From assembly GCA_030648155.1 (NCBI GenBank), contig JAUSIK010000002.1:17205-81204 (forward strand): DNA of 64,000 bases. The letters are read 5' to 3'. The notes under the pieces are model-generated. The model worked only from the letters and a program-made list of their open reading frames with translations, searched no databases and had not been told where the DNA came from. This document shows positions 1 to 6,116 of this stretch, in pieces. The stretch's first letter is position 1, and each line of letters begins with the position of its first letter. Both the position numbers and the translations under genes were made by a program. The DNA is from Nanobdellota archaeon. GTDB taxonomy: Archaea; Nanobdellota; Nanobdellia; Pacearchaeales; GW2011-AR1.

Positions 1-1
1 T

Positions 2-3000
2 CAAGGATCTGGTTTAGTTGGTCATGAATTAGGACATGCATTCGGATATCTTTCAGATGAATATGACTTCCCTAGTTGGTGTGATGCAGATGATAGGAAA
101 CAAAATACTAATCCTACTGGAACTATGAAATCACCTAATGTTTATCATGCTTCAGAAGCAACCAATAATCCAATTTCATGTGAACAAAATTCAGACTGGA
201 ATTATTTAGTTGGAACATGTTTTACTTCAAATAGAATTTATTTCAACAATTGTCCCAATCCATATACAAAGATATCATGTTACGAAGGAAATTTATTTTG
301 TTATGAAACAAGCACATTAAAGACCTATTTATGGAGACCAGCCGATAAAACAATTATGGCTAAGGCATTACTCGATGGAATGTCTATGGTCGACATTACT
401 GCAGTATGTAGAAATTTTGAAAGTTTATACTTTGGCCAGCGATTAGGGGTCTGCAATAACATCTGTGTAGATGGTTGTCCTTCGGGATATAAATGCGCAG
501 ATGGGGGAGGCCTTATAGGGGTGTGCAAAGATTCATTTGGTGTTGCATGTCCAGATGCCGATGCTGATAAAATCTGTGATGTTGAAGATAATTGCAAAAA
601 CATTGCAAATCAAAATCAATTTGACTTTGACAGAGATAATATCGGAGATCTTTGTGATAATGATCTTGATGGAGATACGTATAAAAAAGATTCCTCTCCA
701 GTTGATTGCAACGATAATGATCCGAGTATCTATCCAGGAAATGGGTGCAGTTCTTGTGTTCCACAACCGGAAGTATGTAATGGACTTGATGAAGATTGTG
801 ACAATATAGCAGATGATGGAGGAAATTTAAATTGTGCCGGCACAAATTCAATTTGTTCAGCTGGATCATGTGTTCAGTGCGTAACTAGTTCCCAATGCAA
901 TGATAATAATCCCTGCACAGAAGATCTATGTTCAGCTGGATCATGTGCATTTCCAAACAATAATGCAAATTCTTGTTCAGACGGTTTATTCTGTAATGGT
1001 GTAGAAAGTTGTTCAGCAGGCTCTTGTGTAAGAACCTCTTTAAATCTAGATGATGGAAAAACATGCACATCCGACACTTGTGATGATGTTAATGATATAA
1101 TAGTTCATACAATCAATAACGCATTATGTCAAAATGGATTGTTCTGCGATGGGGCAGAAATTTGTGAACCAAGTTCACCATCAAGCAATTCATTTTCAGG
1201 ATGCCGAGCTGGCACATCTATAATATGCAATGATGGAGTACAATGCACAGCAGATGAATGTTTCGAGGGTGCAGATGGAGGAACAGACAATAATGGCCAA
1301 TGCATTGCTTACACCAATACATGCACTGGCTGTACCCTAGATTCCCAATGTAATGATAATAATCCCTGTACAAACGATGCTTGCAATGCCGGATCTTGTG
1401 TCAATACAATTAATAATGCAAATACATGCAACGATAATAAATTTTGCACTATTAATGATAGATGTTCAGAAGGATCATGTACTGGAGATGCTAGAAATGC
1501 AGAAGATGGAATTGCTTGTACACAAGATTCCTGCGATGAAACTTTAGGCCTAGTCCACACCCCAATTAATTCAAGATGTGATAACGGCCTTTATTGCGAT
1601 GGGTCTGAAATATGCAATGATGTTCAGGGTTGTATTGTTGGAACTCCAGTAGTTTGTAACGATGGCCAATCATGTACTACAGATACATGCAATGAAATAT
1701 TTAACAGGTGTTTATCAAGGTCTACTGATCTTGATGGAGACACCTATGGCATTTGTTCTGGTTCATCATTTGACTGTAATGATCAAGACGTTAATACCCA
1801 TCCTAATGCAGTTGAGTTATGCAACGGCATAAATGATAATTGTGATGGATTTATTGATGAAGGGTGTCCTATATGCGGGAATACTATAAAAGAAGGAACA
1901 GAGCAATGCGACGATGGAAATAATTTAGATGGAGACGGATGTTCATCAATTTGCGAGACTGAACTATTTTGTGTTTTAACGGATGCATATTGGAGCAATT
2001 TAAATGTAATAGAAGGAGAGTTATTAAGCATTACAATTGAAGGATCAAATTGCAATGGAAAGGTTATCGATTTAAATATTTATGAAAAAGATATTCCACT
2101 AGATGAAGATGATAACGCTAATATTAACCCTACAAGCATTACATTCGTAAATGGAATCGCAAATGGATTTTGGACTGCTGAATGGCAATGTGATGGTGAT
2201 TTTGGCGGTAAATGTAACTGGGGGGTTCCAGAATATTATTTCACCGCAACAGTTAGAAATGAAGGAACAACTATTGTCAGTTCATTGTTAAATGTAAATG
2301 AATTAAGTCCAACCTGTGGCAATGGTATTCCTCAAGGAACAGAACAATGCGATGATGGGAATAGTATAATTACAGATTCTTGTACTAATGTATGTGCTGA
2401 TGCAAAATGCGGAGATAATATTGTCTATGAAGGAGTCGAAGCATGTGATGGAAATTTAGTAACCTGTATTACATCTCAAGGTTATCAGGGAATTCAATCT
2501 TGTAAAACTGATTGCAGTGCCTTTAATTCTTGCATTGCAGTAGAATCATGTGGCGATGGAAGAATTAATGGAAATGAATTTTGCGATGATGGTGCATTGA
2601 ATGGTCAACCTACATATTGCAACTCACAATGCAAAGGAATTACCTCACCATTATGCGGAAATATAATAACTGAAATTGGAGAGACATGCGATGATGGAAA
2701 TACAATTAATAGTGATGCATGTACAAACTCTTGCATTAATGCAGTTTGTGGGGATAGTATAACAAGAACAGGTGTAGAAGAATGTGATGTAGGTACTAAT
2801 GGAAATTCGCAATGTACTTCAAGTTGTAAATTAACATTCTGTGGAGATGGTATAGTACAAAGTCCAAATGGAATTGGTGTAAATGAAATATGCGAAGGCA
2901 GTTCAACAGCCTGCAGTGTAAATGGATACAATGGAATATCAAGTTGTAATGGATTATGTACGGCTTATTCTTCATGTGTCCCTACAGAAAGATGCGGTGA

Positions 3001-4348
3001 TAGAATAATTCAAGCTTCTGCGGGCGAGACATGCGATGATTCTAACAATATCGATGGAGATGGTTGCAATGCTTTGTGTAAATTAGAAATTCTAGGACAA
3101 AAACCAACATTAAATGTTATTTCACCAATAAGTGTAGAATATAAAAATGTTCCAGTAGTTGTTGAATTTCTAGCATCAAATTCAGATGAATGTTGGATTT
3201 TATTAGATGGTATTAGGCAGGATAAGTCGTGCAATATTAAAGAAATTTTAATAATAAAGCCATCAGGATTTAATATTGTTGAAAATCACGATCTTGAAGT
3301 TTTCGCTAAAAATGCATTTGGTGAAATAGAACAAACAGTATTTTTCAGCATAATTTCTACCAGGCTAACTTCATTAAAATATAACGAGTTTAAAGGCATA
3401 GGAGAAACAACAAATCTCGATAACTTTAATGATTTGGAATTAGAATTAATAGATTTAATTTTAGATGATGGAATAAACGCAAAAATAAGATTCAATGAAA
3501 AAGTGAATCTAGTTTTAGGAGCAGTTAATAACCAATTGGATTTAGATGCAATGGTTGATATATCAGATAAAAAAATTAGTGTTGCAACATTACCAAACGC
3601 AAACCTAAATAAAAAAGCAACTTTAACATTTAGGAATATTAATTATAATGATCCTAAAGTTTTGAAAGATGGTATCGAATGTCCTGCAAGTGATTGCATT
3701 AAAGAAAGTTATACTTCTAATACCTTAGTAGTAAACGTAAACGGATTCTCGATATATACAATTGTTGAAGGTCAGCCAAGCGGTGTAACAAATCCTCCTC
3801 CAAGTGATTCTGGAAATCCTGGAAGTGGGGATACAGGAGATGGTGGTGGATCAGGTGGAGACACAACCCAGGTTAAAAAAGTAGAACCTAAAGAAGAAAA
3901 TAAAAATCCAATAATAGAGGTTATTAATGCAGAAGGAGAAGAAATAAATGTAATTACAATTATCTCATCTGAATCATCTTCCTCTTTAGAAATAGAAGAC
4001 GGAAAAAGGATAATTTTAGAAATAGAAGAAACTTCACAGCAATATATAATTGACTTTACAATTAATGAAGGTAAAATCAATCTCAATATAGTAGGAGAAA
4101 ACAGAAATTATAACATTCTTCCTGAAGAAATAACCCCTGTTAGAATTGGGGATAAAGAATTATATGTGGGTATAAAAACTTCTGATGTGAACAATGCAGT
4201 CTTAGTGATAGGATCTAACAGCCAGCTGGTTGAGGAAAGTATTCAGACAATTAGGAGTAGTCTTATAAAATATTTATTGGTATTTATAATAATAGTTTTA
4301 ATACTCTCAATAATATTTTTAATCTTTAAGTATACCAAGAAAAGCTAA
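2..4348 (+). CDS. Giant cysteine-rich cell-surface protein (5' end cut by window edge): M64-like zincin motif, Ca-binding-type and DUF4215-type Cys repeats, C-terminal TM anchor
   Basis: The frame of ORF 125..4348 stays open back to nt 2 (QGSGLVGHELGHAFGYLSDEYDF...). This gives HELGH (23-37) plus DEY (56-64), as in the peptidase M64 pattern HExGHxxxxLxDEY. Also present: thrombospondin type-3-like DxDxDxxxDxxDNC acidic repeats; two DCNDxDxxxxPxxxExCNGxDxxCD (MopE-type) motifs; three ~150-aa Cys modules (QCNDNNPCTxDxCxAGSC...); about 8 CG(N/D)xxxxxxExCDDGN units (Myxococcus Cys-rich repeat/DUF4215 type). A Gly/Pro/Ser linker precedes the hydrophobic tail YLLVFIIIVLILSIIFLIF-KYTKKS. Confidence 0.8.
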   Translation, partial: QGSGLVGHELGHAFGYLSDEYDFPSWCDADDRKQNTNPTGTMKSPNVYHASEATNNPISCEQNSDWNYLVGTCFTSNRIYFNNCPNPYTKISCYEGNLFCYETSTLKTYLWRPADKTIMAKALLDGMSMVDITAVCRNFESLYFGQRLGVCNNICVDGCPSGYKCADGGGLIGVCKDSFGVACPDADADKICDVEDNCKNIANQNQFDFDRDNIGDLCDNDLDGDTYKKDSSPVDCNDNDPSIYPGNGCSSCVPQPEVCNGLDEDCDNIADDGGNLNCAGTNSICSAGSCVQCVTSSQCNDNNPCTEDLCSAGSCAFPNNNANSCSDGLFCNGVESCSAGSCVRTSLNLDDGKTCTSDTCDDVNDIIVHTINNALCQNGLFCDGAEICEPSSPSSNSFSGCRAGTSIICNDGVQCTADECFEGADGGTDNNGQCIAYTNTCTGCTLDSQCNDNNPCTNDACNAGSCVNTINNANTCNDNKFCTINDRCSEGSCTGDARNAEDGIACTQDSCDETLGLVHTPINSRCDNGLYCDGSEICNDVQGCIVGTPVVCNDGQSCTTDTCNEIFNRCLSRSTDLDGDTYGICSGSSFDCNDQDVNTHPNAVELCNGINDNCDGFIDEGCPICGNTIKEGTEQCDDGNNLDGDGCSSICETELFCVLTDAYWSNLNVIEGELLSITIEGSNCNGKVIDLNIYEKDIPLDEDDNANINPTSITFVNGIANGFWTAEWQCDGDFGGKCNWGVPEYYFTATVRNEGTTIVSSLLNVNELSPTCGNGIPQGTEQCDDGNSIITDSCTNVCADAKCGDNIVYEGVEACDGNLVTCITSQGYQGIQSCKTDCSAFNSCIAVESCGDGRINGNEFCDDGALNGQPTYCNSQCKGITSPLCGNIITEIGETCDDGNTINSDACTNSCINAVCGDSITRTGVEECDVGTNGNSQCTSSCKLTFCGDGIVQSPNGIGVNEICEGSSTACSVNGYNGISSCNGLCTAYSSCVPTERCGDRIIQASAGETCDDSNNIDGDGCNALCKLEILGQKPTLNVISPISVEYKNVPVVVEFLASNSDECWILLDGIRQDKSCNIKEILIIKPSGFNIVENHDLEVFAKNAFGEIEQTVFFSIISTRLTSLKYNEFKGIGETTNLDNFNDLELELIDLILDDGINAKIRFNEKVNLVLGAVNNQLDLDAMVDISDKKISVATLPNANLNKKATLTFRNINYNDPKVLKDGIECPASDCIKESYTSNTLVVNVNGFSIYTIVEGQPSGVTNPPPSDSGNPGSGDTGDGGGSGGDTTQVKKVEPKEENKNPIIEVINAEGEEINVITIISSESSSSLEIEDGKRIILEIEETSQQYIIDFTINEGKINLNIVGENRNYNILPEEITPVRIGDKELYVGIKTSDVNNAVLVIGSNSQLVEESIQTIRSSLIKYLLVFIIIVLILSIIFLIFKYTKKS

Positions 4349-4429
4349 TAAAAATACTATTTTTCCAAATTTTTAATTGTTAATTTATACATTTCTTTTT
4401 GTAAACCCAAAGTGTTAAGTCCAATTTAT

Positions 4430-4590
4430 AATTTAACCCCATCCTTAATCTGCAATCATATATCCATCAGCACAATATTATGGATAATTAGAGCTTATCG
4501 AATTTTAAATATCTAATTTTGAGTGCATTTGCATATATTTTTGATTTTAATCTTTGTGTAAAACATTAAGTTAAGAGGTTTACTTTACCC
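4430..4590 (+). repeat. Intergenic repeat family, copy A
   Basis: Shares ...ccatcagca..atat..ataatt.gag...catatttttgattttaat... with copy C. Its 3' end attaagttaagaggtttactttaccc matches copies B, D and E. The rpl35ae TATA box follows it. Confidence 0.7.
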
Positions 4591-4597
4591 AAAGGCA

Positions 4598-4611
4598 AGT
4601 TTTAAAAAGCC
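4598..4611 (+). promoter_or_regulatory. TATA/BRE-like box of rpl35ae-rpl10e operon
   Basis: agttttaaaaagcc is centred ~26 nt upstream of ATG 4630. The same (A/G)nTTTAAA(A/T)A-type box recurs at the same distance before most first-in-operon genes in the window, implying leaderless or near-leaderless mRNAs. Confidence 0.6.
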
Positions 4612-4629
4612 TTCTTTTCTAAAAGTAAT

Positions 4630-4926
4630 ATGAAAGGAATAGTAGTTCAATTTAGACGAGGAAGGCGTAATATACATGAAAGGCATTTTCTATTAGATTT
4701 AGGGTTTTCTAGTAGGGAAGAAGCTAAGAAAATGGGTGGAAAAGACGTAGTTTGGAGAAGCCCTGCAGGAAAAGAAATAAAGGGAAAAATATCGGATGCT
4801 CATGGAAATAAAGGATTAGTGAGGGCAATTTTTGAAAGAGGCCTTCCTGGACAGGCAGTAACAACTGATATTGAAGTTTCAGAATCTCCAGTCAAAGAAA
4901 CCAAAAAGTCAAAGGAGGCAAAGTAA
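4630..4926 (+). CDS. rpl35ae: 50S ribosomal protein L35Ae (eL33)
   Basis: 98 aa. GIVVQFRRG..., REEA, VVWRSPAGKEIKGKI, HGNKGLVRAIFERGLPGQA match the archaeal L35Ae pattern along the whole length. Confidence 0.9.
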   Translation: MKGIVVQFRRGRRNIHERHFLLDLGFSSREEAKKMGGKDVVWRSPAGKEIKGKISDAHGNKGLVRAIFERGLPGQAVTTDIEVSESPVKETKKSKEAK

Positions 4927-5493
4927 ATGGCACTAAGAAAAGCATCCGCATATTCAAAGAAAAGAGCACGCCCATTCACTAGAAGATCAAGATCTAAGAA
5001 AAAAGCATATATCAAAACAGTTCCTACAATAAAGATAGCGAAGTTCCACATGGGAAATCTTAAGGCATTCCAAGAAGGTAAGCACACTTATATGGTTAAA
5101 TTAATTGCAGACGAAAGAGTTCAAATTAGAGATAATTCTTTAGAAGCTTGTAGAATGTATGTTAATAAAATGCTTGATAAGAATGCTCTAGGGCAGTATT
5201 ATTTTGCAGTTAATGTTTATCCCCATCATATTCTTAGAGAAAATAAAACAGCTGCTGGAGCTGGTGCTGACCGTTTATCTAGCGGTATGAAACATTCTTA
5301 TGGAATTACAATTGGCCGAGCAGCTATCGTAAATGCAGGAAAAGATGTTTTCTTTATTTCATGTGAAAATGAAAAATCAGCTCGTGTTGCAAGAGATGCA
5401 TTGCAGGATATCAAGGCAAAACTTCCATGCAGATCTAGAATATTATTCCAAAAAGTTCAATCTAAGATTCCAGTTCCTGCAGTTCAGAAGTAA
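4927..5493 (+). CDS. rpl10e: 50S ribosomal protein L10e (uL16)
   Basis: The ATG directly abuts the rpl35ae stop. MALR...RPFTRR...KFHMGN...RMYVNK...GADRLSSGMKHSYG..GRAA is typical of archaeal L10e. Confidence 0.9.
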   Translation: MALRKASAYSKKRARPFTRRSRSKKKAYIKTVPTIKIAKFHMGNLKAFQEGKHTYMVKLIADERVQIRDNSLEACRMYVNKMLDKNALGQYYFAVNVYPHHILRENKTAAGAGADRLSSGMKHSYGITIGRAAIVNAGKDVFFISCENEKSARVARDALQDIKAKLPCRSRILFQKVQSKIPVPAVQK

Positions 5494-5563
5494 AAAATAT
5501 ACTTCCCTTTTTTAAAAACAATTTATTCTTCAAATCACTATGTCTCTAGAAATAAAAATATTA

Positions 5564-5692
5564 TTTCATTTCTGGGTTTAATACCCCGATGCTCTGCATC
5601 TGCCAGAAATGAAATTAGAAATTCTCGAATCAAAAATTTCCGAATACCGCAGGGCTCTGCCCTGGTTCGATAGGAAATTTTAGAGAATTTCT
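5564..5692. ncRNA. Candidate structured RNA: two adjacent long hairpins with GCTCTGC apices
   Basis: Hairpin 1: 12-bp perfect stem tttcatttctgg (5564-5575) / ccagaaatgaaa (5603-5614), inner stem gatgc-tct-gcatc (5588-5600). Hairpin 2: agaaattctc (5617-5626) / gagaatttct (5683-5692), aaatttcc (5634-5641) / ggaaattt (5673-5680), apex cagggc-tct-gccctg (5650-5664) flanked by an 8x8-nt internal loop. The region is locally GC-enriched relative to the surrounding AT-rich spacer. Strand and class are unknown. Confidence 0.3.
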
Positions 5693-5808
5693 TTATTCAA
5701 TTCCTTAAAAATAGATGAATTCATGCAGTTAAATATTCTAATAAATAATCATAATAAAGACCCCAGCAACATTATCAACGGCGGACATAATAGCCTTTAT
5801 ATTTCTAA

Positions 5809-5899
5809 AGAGAAATTTGAATAATTCGAAATTTAGAGAAGAATTTTCAAATTTCTTGTTAGAGAAGATTGTTATTATCTAATTTTGCAAACTTCTCTA
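5809..5899 (+). repeat. 91-bp intergenic element, copy 1 (TAGAGAAG iteron-like)
   Basis: Matches 48343-48433 with only ~4 mismatches. Contains agagaaat (5809), tagagaag (5834) and tagagaag (5860) at 25-26-bp spacing, plus inverted cttctcta (5892-5899). Confidence 0.85.
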
Positions 5900-6080
5900 A
5901 AGTAGGTAATTCATCATTAAATGATAATATGCAAGTTTACAACGATGTTGAATTAATTCTAAACAAAAGCAAACTCTCTAAAGAAAAATATCAAATATTA
6001 TGGTCCTCGATATATGAATTTGCCTAATTCTCGTTTAAGAATATTCCTTTATAACCATCTTTATTCATTTTCTAGCATTC

Positions 6081-6094
6081 AATAATATTTATTA
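6081..6094 (+). promoter_or_regulatory. TATA-like box of ppsA
   Basis: aataatatttatta lies ~29 nt upstream of ATG 6117. Confidence 0.45.
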
Positions 6095-6116
6095 ACTCAT
6101 TATTCCTTAACCTTAA

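Noticed and set aside
325-4086. Numerous 60-118-aa antisense and off-frame ORFs inside the giant surface-protein gene (e.g. 325..603, 513..869, 2605..2931, 3772..4086)
   Set aside because: All are nested in a 4.3-kb ORF with clear domain content. Their products are low-complexity mirror images of Cys/Asp/Asn-rich repeats, and none has a TATA box at the canonical distance. The same applies to the minus-strand ORFs inside the ppsA, SNF2, P2-P6 and thrS genes.
5659-5675. GGTTCGA T-loop-like sequence suggesting a tRNA
   Set aside because: The flanking bases cannot form a 5-bp T-stem. No acceptor, D or anticodon arms can be drawn. I found no convincing tRNA anywhere in the window.
5494-6116. Replication origin (long AT-rich spacer with repeated TAGAGAA boxes in both orientations)
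   Set aside because: No orc1/cdc6 or other replication gene is adjacent. The best-conserved 91-bp part is duplicated 42 kb away, and the boxes lack known ORB features. It is kept only as an iteron-like element of unknown role.
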